The notes beneath the pieces were generated by a model. That model saw only the letters and a list, made by a program, of their open reading frames with translations. It had not been told where the DNA came from and did not search any database. Shown here piece after piece: positions 25,764 through 37,835 of a DNA stretch of 64,000 bases (within the stretch, counting starts at the first letter, position 1; each line of letters begins with the position of its first letter). Source of the stretch: the human T2T-CHM13v2.0 reference genome, Homo sapiens; assembly GCF_009914755.1 (NCBI RefSeq), contig NC_060939.1. One strand, 5' to 3'. A program made the translations under genes and the position numbers.

Positions 25764-26264
25764 ATAAGAGAGAAAGAGGAGTTTCACCCTACTGGATTAG
25801 ACATATACATGTAAGCACTCCCTTGAGCTATCAACGGTACCATAAAGTAATAGTCATTTTTTCTAGCATTAGTGAGACAACAGAGCATAATGTCTAGCAC
25901 ACAGCAGGTGTTCACTAGACATTATTTGTACTATCATCAAAGCCATGTTGCTAAAAGTCTTCCTTGAGGGGGAGCTTGGAGCCCAGCAATTCCCAGAGTT
26001 GATAGAACTGACAGACATTCTTTTAGAAGGCAACAGTAGAGCAATTTTCATTTAAATCCCCAAGGTGGAGATATGAATCAGATATGGCTAGAATCAGAGC
26101 ATCTGGATAAGTTAGCAGAGGCAACTGCCTGGCCATCAGAATGCTGGACCTGAATGGGCACTAACTGATAGCAAAAGCAAAGTGAAATGAGAAAGAGATT
26201 TGGGCTGATGGCAGAAGCCAATTGTGATCACCACCAAGTCCTCCCTGTGGGCAGATGTGGGGCA

Positions 26265-26440
26265 CTAACATTTACTGAGCACTTCAGCCTCTTTGACTTC
26301 TCATCCAACATAAAAAGAGTGCTAGCATTCCCATTTTTTATGTTTGAAAACTGGAGTTTAGGGAGGGTTAGGAATTTGTCCAAGGCCACACAGGCAGCAA
26401 GACATGGGGTTGGGAATCCCATCTATCCTATCTGGTTCTA
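26265..26440 (-). mobile_element. MIR
   Basis: AACATTTACTGAGCACT...CCCATTTTT...TTGTCCAAGGCCACACAG. Confidence 0.7.
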
Positions 26441-27299
26441 AGGCAGTTATGCTGCCTCCTCCACCATGCACTTTTGCACTTGGGTAGGAGTGGGGGACAG
26501 TTTACCCAGATGTGCCCTTTATGCACTGCTTTGGTTTGTTTTAACAGATCCTTTACAAGTAAATCACAAAAGCCATAGTCAAAATACTCACATGTTCCAA
26601 AGTAGACATTTTAACAGAACCCACTCACAATCCAGAGAAGCCTGTGATGATGGAAAGAAAAAGTAATGAGATTCAAAGAACAGAACAAAACACACAGAGC
26701 TGCACCTGGCAAGGGAAATAAGAAATGAAGGTATCAGTTGACGAGATTAGTGGGAAACAAAGGCACTCACAGCCTCAAGTGCTTCCATTGCAGTGGAGCA
26801 TTGGGTGGTGCAGAGGACGCACTTCGCCAATCTATGGCCTCCCTGGATGAGCTGGCTTGGCCTTGATGTGGACAGGAACTGTGAACCATGAGGCAAATGA
26901 ATGTCAGCAGTGTGCCCAGAGGCTGGATCCATGGAATGGGAACCAACAGCTGAACTGTGCATGCTTACAGCTGACATCAACGCAGAGGCAATGGGCCAGG
27001 TGTACAGACCGGGGAGGAACTGCAGCTGGAGTATGTCTGTATCTTCACACGGTATCTCTAAGGTCTAGCCTTTGCTAATCTTCATTCTTGGATATCTCTT
27101 CATGGTTTTCAAAGTGCTCTTCTGTAGGCATAATGGCCTTATCTCAGCCTCAAACCAATCTGTGATGAAAAAAGATTTGTATCCACATCCCCACGCATAA
27201 CCCACATCTTTTTTTCTGCTTTTTTAATCAATGAAGAAACTGCCTCAGAGAGAAGAGAAAGTGACAGACCTGGGAGGGTACCCGGGTCTTCTGACTGGG

Positions 27300-27515
27300 G
27301 GAACAGCATGGAATAAGAGGCAGAGAGAGAGTTTTAGGGTCTGGTTCATCTAGATTCAAACCTGGCCTCTCACGAGCTGGGGCACCTTCAGCAAGTTATT
27401 TGACCTTTGCAAGCCCGCATCTCTTCATCTGTAAAATAGAGATAATAGTATCTAATTCAGAGTGTAGAAATTAAATAAATTAATATATGTAAAGTGCCTA
27501 GTTGTCCATAAATGT
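27300..27515 (+). mobile_element. MIR
   Basis: TTCAAACCTGGCCTCT...GCAAGTTATTTGACCT...CTTCATCTGTAAAATAGAGATAATAGTATCT. Confidence 0.8.
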
Positions 27516-28147
27516 TATTTTTCTTTTTCCTTCTAGACCAGTAGTTTTTCCATTGTACTGGATCAATTTCAGAGATTTGTGGTATGGGAGTGAAAAAGGA
27601 AATTGTTTCTGGCATTCTCAGCCTTGTGCTCTCCACGTTTCCATTGTGGTCATGGAAACTCAAGCCAAGGCTGCGCCATAGTGGGAATGCCTGGGGTATG
27701 TTCTGGATGACCCTCTGCCAGGTTTAGACAGTTCTCCCAGCTCTAACGCTGTTTAATTCAGCAAGAAAACATCCATACCTTTGAATAATAAATCCTCTGT
27801 GACAGTGTAACATCAGTATGTAGCCATCTCATATGATTTTGACAAAATTTTCATGAAAATGTGGGACTCTGTAAATGTGGGACTCTTTATTGAGTATGAT
27901 CAAAGCCAGCTCCACGGTTCCCAATGGACAGCTGTGCTCGTAATCTCACAGCACAACACCTTCTTGCACTTGGCCCTCATTAGCCCATACCTCTGGAGGA
28001 GCTAGAGGGTCAGGTTCAGGAAAAACTGTGAGAATTTGACATGCTCCCATTTCTCATACCGGAAAATCTTGCGTCATCTCAGAGAGACGCTGGCTCCCTT
28101 GTTCTCAAACTCACATAAAATACCTTTCCATAATTGGGGTTTCTATG

Positions 28148-28335
28148 CAGCAATGTGCTGGTAAATGTTTAACTGTGGGATCTCTAGAAAAAAAAATCTG
28201 ATTTGTAGCATTTGCCAATTTCACGATGTAAACACTCTCATCATGGCTGATTTCAAGCTACTGTCATGAGGCAATTGAACATGGAGTTAGGAAATAGGTA
28301 CCCAGTTTTCATGGGCTGGGAAGAGCTGGCTCTAT
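28148..28335 (-). mobile_element. MER63A hAT MITE
   Basis: TGTGCTGGTAAATGTTTAAC...CTGATTTGTAGCATTTGCCAATTTC...CATGGCTGATTTCAAGCTAC. Confidence 0.8.
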
Positions 28336-28339
28336 TCTG

Positions 28340-28520
28340 CTAAATTCACTTACATTATCTCATTTAATCTTATCAAAAATCCTAGGAGTTAGGCATTATT
28401 ATTTCCATTTTATAGAACAGGAAATCGAGGCATAGAGAAGGAAAGTAACCTGGTAAGGTTACAGAGGTCTTAAGCGGAGCTGGGATTTGAAGCCAGGCCT
28501 GTTTGATCCCAGTGGCATCC
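28340..28520 (-). mobile_element. MIR
   Basis: ATTATCTCATTTAATCTT...CCATTTTATAGAACAGGAAATCGAGGC...GAGCTGGGATTTGAA. Confidence 0.85.
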
Positions 28521-29477
28521 CTATCAAACACTACACTATATCCAGTCTCCTTGTTTACATTGCCTGGTTTTCCACTGACTCCCCACCCCCAATCAAATCA
28601 GAAAGAATCTAATACATTATTCACATTTGTCTGCTGTCTTCCCACTCTTTTTTCTCTCTCCACAACCCCCTGCCCCTAAGCCAGATACCCAAACTTTAAT
28701 CTGTCTTCATCCCATCTCAGAATTTCATGTGCATGTTTTCAGTTTGCTGGTGTTAATGAGTCTTTGTTACCATGAACCATGATCCTTGTGGAGTTCTAGA
28801 TTCCCCATTCCTATTATAAGACCACTAAGCAAACCCAAGCACTGTGCTTTGTACTAAGAGATGGCTCAATACTTTTTAACTGGATGAGGATCTTGAAGAT
28901 ACTCTGGTAATCTGGGTCACTAGAGCCCAGAATTTTCATTAGCAGATGGATGAGTGAGATTACTTCCATCTCTCCCTCTCCCTCTCCCCTTAATAGAATC
29001 AGCTACTTTCTAACTGGTCTCCCTGTCTTGAGGTTTGGCACCACTGTGTCTGTCCACAAATCTACTGCCTGAGATGCCTTCATAAATACAAACCTGTCCA
29101 TGTTTGTAGCCCACTGCTCAGAAACTGTTTGAGGGTCTCTACTGCCTACTGCACTTAGTCCATGGATGATTTTCTGAGCAAGAAAATGTGGACAAATAAG
29201 TTTGGGAAATGCTGCAAGCCAGATCCCCTCTCTCCAGTTCACAATGCATGTTAGCCTATTAGAGCGAGTACATAGACTTGTTGTCCTGTGTTCCTTGGGT
29301 CTTCTCAATGAACTGGATTACAGAAATGCATGCCCTTTGCCCTCTGAAACATCTGCTAAAATCTAAAGACTAGAGCTTGTAAAACAAACTTCAGAAAAAG
29401 CCTGCCTAAAAGGTGCCCAAACTCCTTAACTTCACCTTCAAAAGTTTCCAAAACCTTGACCTAATATTCCTCTCCAA

Positions 29478-29680
29478 TATAGGAGCTTAAGCCTAAGAAT
29501 GAGACAGATCCAGGTTCAAACCCCAGCACTGGCATTTAATAGTATGTCACCTTAGCCTATTTACTCTCCCATTCTGTGCCACAGGTTCCTTAAGTGACAA
29601 TAACTGTACCTACCTTCAAGGGTTACTATTAAAAGATTGCATGAGAGAATGAATATAAACCTCACAGTAGAATATCTAGC
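29478..29680 (+). mobile_element. MIR, interrupted near its 3' end by the THE1 provirus
   Basis: CAGGTTCAAACCCCAGC...CTGTGCCACAGGTTCC...GTACCTACCT; resumes after 31737 (CTCAATGAAT). Confidence 0.7.
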
Positions 29681-31732
29681 TGATATGGTTTGGATCTATG
29701 TCTTCCCCCTTTGTTTTCTGTCTCTCCTGCTGCCTTGTGAAGAAGGTGCTTCCTTTCCCCTTTGCCTTCTGCCATGATTGTAAGTTTCCTGAGGCCTCCC
29801 CAGCCATGCAGAACTGTGAGTCAATTAAACCTCTTTATAAATTATCCAGTCTCAGGAAAGTTCTTTATAGCAGTGTGAAAATGGACTAATATGTAAATGT
29901 GTACTAAGTTAGTGGGATCCTGCTATAAAGATACTTGAAAATGTGGAAGTGACTTTGGAACTGGGTAATGGGCAGAGGCTGGAACAGTTTAGAGGGCTCA
30001 TCAGAAGACAGGAAGATGTGGGAAAGTTTGGAACTTCCTTGAGACTTCTTGAATGGTTTTGACCAAAATGCTGATAGTGATATAGACAATGAAGTCCAGG
30101 CTGAGATGGTCTCAGACGGAGATGCGGAACTTCTTGAGAACTGGAACAAAGGTGACTCTTGCTTTGTTTTAGCAAAGAGCCTGGAAGCATTTTGCCCCTG
30201 CCCTAGAGATCTGTGGAACTTTGAACTTGAGACAGATGATCTGAAATTGGAACTTATGTTTAAAAGGGAAGCAGCGCATAAAAGTTTGGAAAATTTGCAG
30301 CCTGACGATGATAAACTAAAAAAAACACCTATTTTCTGGGGAGAAATTCAATCTGGCTGCAGAAATTTGCATAAGTAACTAAGAGTCAAATGTTAATTGC
30401 CAAGACAATAGGGAAAATGTCTCCAGGGCATGTAAGAGATCTTGGCAGCAGCCTCTTCCATCACCGACCTGGAGGCCTAGGAGTAAAAAATAGTTTCGTG
30501 GGCCAGGCCCAGGGCCCCACCGCTCTGTGCAACCTAGTGACTTGGCACCCTGTGTCCCAGCTGCTTCAGTTCCAGTGTGGCTAAAAGGGACCAAGGTACA
30601 GCTCAGGCCATTGCTTCAGGAGGTGCAAGCCCCAAGCCTTGGGGGTTTCCACATGGTATTGGACCTGCAGATGCATAGAAGTCAAGAATTGAGGTTTGGG
30701 AACCTCTGCCTAGATTTCAGAGGGTGTATGGATATGTATTGATGTCCAGGCAGAAGTTTACTGCAGGGGCAGAGTCTTCATGGGGAACCTCTGCCAGGGC
30801 AGTGCAGGAGGGAAATGTAGGGTCAGAGCCCCCACACAGAATCCCTACTTGGGCACTGCCTAGTGGAACTGTGAGAAGAAGGCCACCGTACTCCAGACCC
30901 CAGAATGGTAGATCCACCAACGGCTTGCACCGTGCACCTGGAAAAGTCACAGGCACTCATCACCAGCCCATGAAGGAGCTGCCCAAGGCCATGGGAGCCC
31001 ACCCTTATATCAGTGTGCCCTGGGTGTGAGACATGGAGTCAAAGAAGATCATTTTGGAGCTTTAAGATTTAATGACTGCCCCCACTGGATTTTGGACTTG
31101 CATGGGGCCTGTAGCCCCTTTGTTTTGACCAATTTCTCCCATTTGGAATGCGTGTATTTACCCAATGCCTGTACCCCTACTGTATCTTGGAAGGAACTAA
31201 CTTGTTTTTTATTTTATCGGCTCATAGGTGGAAGAGACTTGCCTTGTCTCAGATGAGACTTTGGGAGACATTTAATACTGGAATGAGTTAAAACTTTGGG
31301 GGACTCTTGGGAAGGCATGGTTCATTTTGAAATGTAGAAAGGACATGAGATAGGGGAGGGGCTAGGGGTGGAATTGTATGGTTTGGCTCTGCGTCCCCAT
31401 CCAAATCTCATCTCTAATTGTAATCTCCATAATCCCCACATGTTAAGGGAGGAAGCTGGTGGGAGGTGATTGGATGATAAGGGCAGTTTCCCTCATGCTG
31501 TTCTTGTGATAGTGAGTGAGTTCTTATGAGATCTGATGGTTTTATAAGTGTTCAACCGTTCCTCCTTCATGCACTCTCTCTCACCTGCCACCTTGTAAGA
31601 TGTGTCTGCTTCCCCGTCTGCCATGATTGTAAGTTTCCTGAGGCCTCCCAGCCATGCAGAACTGTGAGTCAATTAAACCTCCTTTGCTTATAAATCACCC
31701 AGAGTCAGGTAGTGTGAGAATGGACTAACACA
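29681..31732 (+). mobile_element. THE1D-type MaLR provirus (LTR-internal-LTR) with perfect 5-bp TSD
   Basis: 5' LTR 29681-~29892 (deleted), THE1 internal region, purine tract AGGGGAGGGGCTAGGGGTGG, 3' LTR ~31374-31732; TSD CTAGC at 29676-29680 and 31733-31737. Confidence 0.95.
30049..31029 (+). pseudogene. Disrupted MaLR/THE1 internal ORF
   Basis: ORF pieces NGFDQNADSDIDNEVQAEMVSDGD...FCPCPRDLWNFELE and SEPPHRIPTWALPSG are typical THE1 internal peptides, broken by frameshifts and stops. Confidence 0.8.
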
Positions 31733-34425
31733 CTAGCCTGCAGAAAAAGACTCAATGAATGGAATTTCTGTAATGATGATGATCTTTTTAAAATTCCCTC
31801 GCAAACCCGCTATGATACACACCAACCAATCTGCTTGCCTTTTCCCAAAATTGCCCCATGGGTACAAATTCTAAGCACTTTCTACATGGCATGCTCTTTC
31901 TTCCTCACCTCCATGCCTCCAAACCCCTTCCCATTATTTGATGCACAGGCAAATGGTGGTCACGTGGTCAACTTTCCCAGCACCTCTTCCTTCCTTGCTG
32001 CTGTGGAAACCAGTATCTGCCCTTTTCACACCTAGTTTCTGTCTCTCCTGGGGCAGTTAATCCTCCCCTCAGTGTGGCTCTTGCCACCAGCTGGATGGGC
32101 TGAGGAAGCTTCCTGGTGCAATGTGATGGGCTCCAGCTCAGGTTTTAATGCTCCCCAAAAAGGCTGGCTCTATGACACTGGATAAGCATCTATTTCCTCA
32201 TATCCAACTTGGAATGAGGAATCTGATATTAATAGAACTTCTCTGAGGATTTAAGGAGTTGGCCTGTAAAGTGTCCAGCATTAGTTGGCTTTTGTTTCCC
32301 TTCCTCGACATCTCCTCTTACTCCCATCACACAATATTGGGGGCTTAAGGAATATTGAGCTGACTGGCCAAGTGGGCTTGATAAATAGGTATCTTTTAAA
32401 TCAACTTTATAAACCCATCTATTTACCAAGTCTCTAACTTGCCTTGATCCAAAAAAAGAGGCAATTTCTGAGTCCACAGTATCCGGCTTTCCTCTAAAAC
32501 TTCTACAGTGAGAGGATCAGTGCCCTGATCATGATGAAAGCAGTGAGGTACCTGACCAGAAAGTTACCTACACACAAAAGCTTTTAGGGGGGTTTAGTAC
32601 CACTCCTTTCACCAAAAAATCAACTCAGCTACAAGATAGAAACTTAAACTCCACTGGTTGTGACAACTAGAAGACAGAAGGGCTGCAGTTTTTGGTCTCA
32701 GCTCCATGTATAACTTGATGTGGGACCCTGGGCTCACAAGGACTCAGTTTCTCCTTCAGCAAATGAGGACATTGGATGGGAAGATAGCTCAGCTTTCCTT
32801 CCAACTTTAAATTTGTGGAAAACCACAGTGCTCTCTCTCCATTGCCTCAAGTCTTAGGCACATGTTAATTAGCTCCCAGTGTGGTGTTTGCTGTCACGCT
32901 AGGAGCATCCCACGAAGAGCATCAGACGAGTGGTGTTGACTTCCATCAGCAAAGGCCATGCTGAAACCATCTGCTCCGCCCAGAGCTGCCCGTGGGACTC
33001 AGGCCACAGCAGCAGGGAGCTTTCTCTAAACAAGAGGGTCAGTGAAGAGGAAAGGCAAAAAGGGAAGTTGTTTCCTCTCGACTATTTTGGTGCCTTTGTT
33101 TTGTCAGTGGTTCACACAGAGCCAATAAATTAATTCCCCAAGATGGCAGTAATGATGATGAATTTGGTTTTATGGTTTAACTCTTCGGTAATCTCTGCAG
33201 AGGGATGATACAGATCTAGTCTCTACTGAGTGAGAGAGAGATGGCAGATACCTGGTTTGCTAGTCCTTCCTGTTCATTGGTCTATTTGTCTATTTTGAGC
33301 TGAAAACAATTAAGAATTTCATATCCACCAGAAAGTAGATTGACTCTTTGAAATCTGGACCAGAAGATTTTGGTGTTTCTGTATTTATTTTTGACTTCTG
33401 GCTAAAGTTGTAGCACTGAAGCTACTAACTCTATATGATCATTTGTCTGTAATTGAGAAAGGCCTTGACTTCTCCTTGTAGACGTATGAATTGTTTTCTT
33501 ATTATGGGATGGTATTAATAAATTAGATTATAATGTTTCTAAAATTACAGGAGGCTCTGTTCTGGTTAGTTTATAAAGATAAACACTTGTATAAATAGAA
33601 TATTTCTAAAATTTTTAGAAAATAAAACATTGAATTTATACTTTAACATCATAGACTACACTTTTAAAAAATCCTTCTTTCACAAATTGTTCACTCAAAC
33701 ATTTTAAGAAACCAAGTTTACATAATTAAGGTAAATTTTGGAAATCACACTAGGTTAAGAAAAACTGTCTATTCTCTGATTTATGAGTGTTAAGTATAAT
33801 ATAACAGTACACATTATTTTACTTGAGTTTGTTTTCTCAAGGACAAAATAATTATCTGAATCTTCTAAACATGTACAGGTTTACTAATCAAATAAGCTAA
33901 TAACTACTAATTTACTAAACAAACTCCTACATGATGTTTAAGATTATGAAAATTATAAATTTGTGTTCAACTAAGTTGAATTATTCTGACAAACTTTTCA
34001 TATCAACAGCAATTATTCTTCAGAGTGAACCAGTTTAGACATAATTTTCAACATCTTTAGTTAAATTAAAACTTAGACAAATATTAAAGTGAATTAATTA
34101 ATGGATTTTAGAAACCCAGATATCTCCTATTAAATAACATAGAATATGACAACATTGATTACTAAGCATAAAGTTTATGGACTTCTGACTCTTATCTTTA
34201 CATGCTATACAGCTATATTTTTGGATCATATTAACGAACATGTTCATTTTGAAGTGTAAATGTCTAGATGAAGAAAATTGTATTATGTGTATCACAAGCT
34301 TTGTTAGTCTGCTAAAATGCTTCTATATGACAGACAGTTCTCAATTATCTACCCCGAAATTTTCTCTGTGAAATAGAAGTTACTTAAGTTAAAAGTCATA
34401 ATTAATATGGATGATTAAGACTGTA

Positions 34426-34753
34426 TGTATTAGCCGATTTTCACACTGCTGATAAAGACATACCTGAGGCCGGGCTTAGTGGCTCACTCCTGTAATCCCA
34501 GCACTTGGGGAGGCCGAGGCAGGCGGATCATGAGGTCAGGAGATCAAGACCATCCCCGCTAACACACGGTGAAACCCCCTCTCTACTAAAAATACAAAAA
34601 ATTAGCCGGGGTCGTGGCAGGCACCTGTAGTCCCAGCTACTTGGGAGGCTGAGGCAGGAGAATGGTGTGAACCCGGGAGGCGGGGCTTGCAGTAAACCGC
34701 GATTGGGCCACTGCTCTCCAGCCTGGGCGACAGAGCAAGACTCCATCTCAAAA

Positions 34754-34784
<31 letters not shown>

Positions 34785-35126
34785 AACTAAAAAAAGACAT
34801 ACCTGAGACTGGGCAATTTACAGAAGAAAGAGGTTTAATGAACTTAGAGTTCCACGTGGATAGGGAAGCCTCACAATCATGGCGGAAGGCAAAAGGCACT
34901 TCTTAAATGATGGCTGCAAGAGAGAATGAGAGCCAAGCGAAACAGGTTTCCCTTGTAAAACCATCAGATCTCGTGAGACTACCATGAAAACACTACCACG
35001 AGAACAGTATGGGAGAAACTGCCACCATGATTCAATTATCTCTGACTGGGTGCCTCCCACAACATTTGGGAATTGTGGGCATACAATTCAAGGTGAGATT
35101 TGGGTGGGGACACAGCCAAACCATAA
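34426..35126 (-). mobile_element. THE1B-type solo LTR containing an AluY
   Basis: TGTATTAG...GCTGATAAAGACATACCTGAGACTGGGCAATTTAC...GAGATTTGGGTGGGGACACAGCCAAACCATA; imperfect TSD CTGTA/CTGTC. Confidence 0.9.
34468..34792 (+). mobile_element. AluY with (AAAT)n tail and 14-bp TSD
   Basis: AluY features (AGGAGATC, GCTAACAC, GAATGGTGTGAACCCGGG, GCTTGCAG); TSD AAAGACATACCTGA at 34454-34467 and 34793-34806. Confidence 0.97.
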
Positions 35127-36224
35127 CTGTCTACTAGGAACACAAAGAAATGTAAGAGCCTATGTGCTTTTGTTTTTTCAAGCCAATCTGTTCCAGAATA
35201 TGAAGGTAAATGAAAGACAAAAGATGAGAAGTGAATTTTATTTTCCTTAGTTTATAATGCCTGAATCTAAAAAGAAAATATGAGACATGTCAACATTTTG
35301 GCAGAGTTTGCTTCATTTTGAAGGGCGAGTTTTCTTGTTTACTGACCAATATCTTTACCTACAATATGAAAGAATATTCTTTACCTTCTGCGTGATCATC
35401 CAAGACATAAAAGATTCAGAATAATTTTGTTATTAGAAGTAATTATCAGTAATTATCAATTATCAATAATTAACAATTTTCTGTGTCTTATGTCAATTTT
35501 ATTATACTCTTGATTATTGAAAAAGCAAAACAAAACAAAAAAGAACAAAGGTTCATCCCTCATAAAAGAGCTAAATTTCTTTTCAAGTCTATGTTATTTT
35601 TAAATGTTTTATAGTCACTTTGAAAAACTATTATTTTTCAGATACCTATCTTAACCAAATGTTTAAGTCATCTCTAACATATCTTTAGATTTTGTCTTCC
35701 CTAGATTGAATCTTAATTTTAAAGTAAAACAAAATAAAATGTGTAGGGACTTTTCTATACCTATTTCTAAAAATTCCCAGTAAGCCACTGGAAAAGGCTA
35801 TTACAAAATTTGTTCTTTTACCTTTTAAAAAGAGATGCTAAAAATAATTAGGTTTGTTTGTGAGTCATGCTCTTTGACTAGATTCAGGATCATAAGAGAT
35901 GCATTTGAAAAGCTGTCAACTCACAAGGGCCACTCTGCTTCCTGCAACTGAGACAAGCCTCTTACCCTGGTAGGGAGCAACCCCTGACATGGCCCTGCCC
36001 CCCGGTTTGGATAACCTTGAATATGGCCTGGTTTCTCGCTTCTCTCTTAGAGCTTCTATGGGATGAGAGGACTTAGTTAGGAGTCCAGAGGATTTGGGGG
36101 AGGAAAGAGTTCAGTGACTGAAGGGAGCACAGGGAAGAAATTTCTCTCAAATGTTTTCTCTTCTTTCTGTGTTCACACGCCCCCCTGTTTCTAGATGTTT
36201 CCTTCTCCATGAAACCATAGTGAC

Positions 36225-36560
36225 CTTTCTAAGCCACAGAGAAGCCGAACCGCTAGGATGGATGAATGGGTGGGTAGATGGATGGATGGATGCATAGATA
36301 GATAGATAGATGATAGACAGATACATAGATAGGCTGGCAGATAGATGGAAAGTTTGTTTCAGGGATTTGATCTTACACAGCTGTAAGCAGTCCCTATAAC
36401 ACTGTTGTGTTTGTGTCTGGTGTTGGATTTGAAATCTTCAGGGCAGTATTTTGGGAAAAGAAGATGGACCTAATATGACGGAGACCAAGGACAAGCTGGA
36501 ACCCACAGGATGGGCTGAAACCTTTGTCAACCCTGATGTCCTACAGAAGCTGGCCTTGGG
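36225..36560 (-). mobile_element. MLT2-type ERVL LTR fragment
   Basis: CAGAGAAGCCGAACCGCTAGGA, a microsatellite, then TTTCAGGGATTTGATCTTACA...CAAGGACAAGCTGGAACCCAC, the layout of MLT2 in reverse. Confidence 0.45.
36256..36348. repeat. Compound (GGAT)n/(AGAT)n microsatellite
   Basis: Direct reading. Confidence 0.9.
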
Positions 36561-37812
36561 CCATGGGGAAAATTCAACTGTTCATGCACACCATAAGAAA
36601 ATTTGCAGGTTTCTCAGTTTTTTTCTATCATATTTTGGGCTTCCATTTTTCTCCCGTTGTGGTTTAGCCCCACATTTATCTACGGGTTCCATCAGGTAAG
36701 CACCCCCCAACTCAGCCTGAAGAGACAGTTCACAAGGGCCTAAACTTCCTACTTCCTCTCTGACTGTTCTCTCCTGGCATCGGCCCGTGGGATTTCTATC
36801 TAGTCTGTGTTTACAAAAGAAAAACATCTGCTTGGCAAACAATGTTTCAAAACTTTTCGGCCACACTCCCGGGCAGTGGCTTTTTAATCTTTAAAACGAA
36901 GCATGCAAAGTCTTTTTTCCTCTGGCCCTACCGCAGTCATCACCTTGGGAGAAAGTGGGCTCACCTTGGGCTGCTGGGCAGAAGGCTGAAAACTGGAAGT
37001 GGCAGATGGAGAAATGGCAGACAGGCCTGGAGGAGCAAATGGGGGAAGGAGGTACTCATCAGTTAACATTCAGAGGGGAAGGAGGTACACATCAGTTAAC
37101 TTTCCAGAATTCTCCCCCACCACACAAATATTCCAAAATGGGGGACTAATAGCACAGTAATTTCAACAAATATCTTACTCCTTTCCAGTAAAGAAAGAAA
37201 TCTCTTCCCAACCTTCCTCCTGCACACAGTGCATTCAAATCAGCTGAGACATTGTCCTTGACTTTGAAAGTAGTGTGTGGCCACAGTTGTTGGGAGAGGG
37301 ACCAGCCATGGCCCCTGAACATCCCTGCACATTCTTGCTGGCTGTGCCAGGATGCAAGGCCCTGACCGTTCTTCACTTGGGCTGCTTCTCAGGGACATCT
37401 CTCTCCCCAAAGAGCAGGCTTTCTTTCCCTCCCTATAAAAATGATAAATCCTCCAAGCTCAGGGCTCATCCTCTGTCACCCAGCCCACTGCCTGTGCAGG
37501 TACCCATCAAGGCACACCTATGTCATTTCCTCCCATCCTCATGGGACTTCAGGTCATGGAGAACTGGCATGAACATGAAACTCTGGCTACAGATTTCCCT
37601 GTAAGTAATAAAGTTCATTGTCCCTGTCCCAGATAAGGTAGAAGGGTAAAATCTCAGACCACTGACAACTGTTTTCAATGGTGGTCTCTCAACGCCTTCT
37701 CCAAAAGGGCACGTCAGTCACCTTAACCACCATATGTGTGTCTTATCCATGAATGACCTCAACTAAGACCCTGCTAAGTGACATACAGAAAAGGAGGCGA
37801 CGTTGGTGATTT

Positions 37813-37835
37813 AAAAAAAAAAAAAAAAAAAAAAA
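37813..37835. repeat. Poly(A)23 tract
   Basis: Direct reading; no adjacent SINE body. Confidence 0.95.

Larger units (their letters stand above)
33250..35900 (+). mobile_element. AT-rich non-autonomous ERV1 internal fragment (MER4-group-like), interrupted by a THE1 LTR
   Basis: Long AT-rich block with TGCTAAAATGCT...ATATGACAGACAGTTC...GTTACT...TAATTAATAT motifs recalled from MER4-group internal sequences; no flanking LTRs identified. Confidence 0.5.

Noticed and set aside
27857-27886. 14-bp direct repeat AAATGTGGGACTCT with a 16-bp period
   Set aside because: Ordinary slippage micro-duplication
30049-31256. Cluster of overlapping ORFs as a possible gene
   Set aside because: Fragments of the THE1 internal ORF, frameshifted
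37813-37835. Orphan poly(A) as the tail of a processed pseudogene
   Set aside because: No TSD, no nearby polyadenylation signal and no recognisable mRNA body upstream
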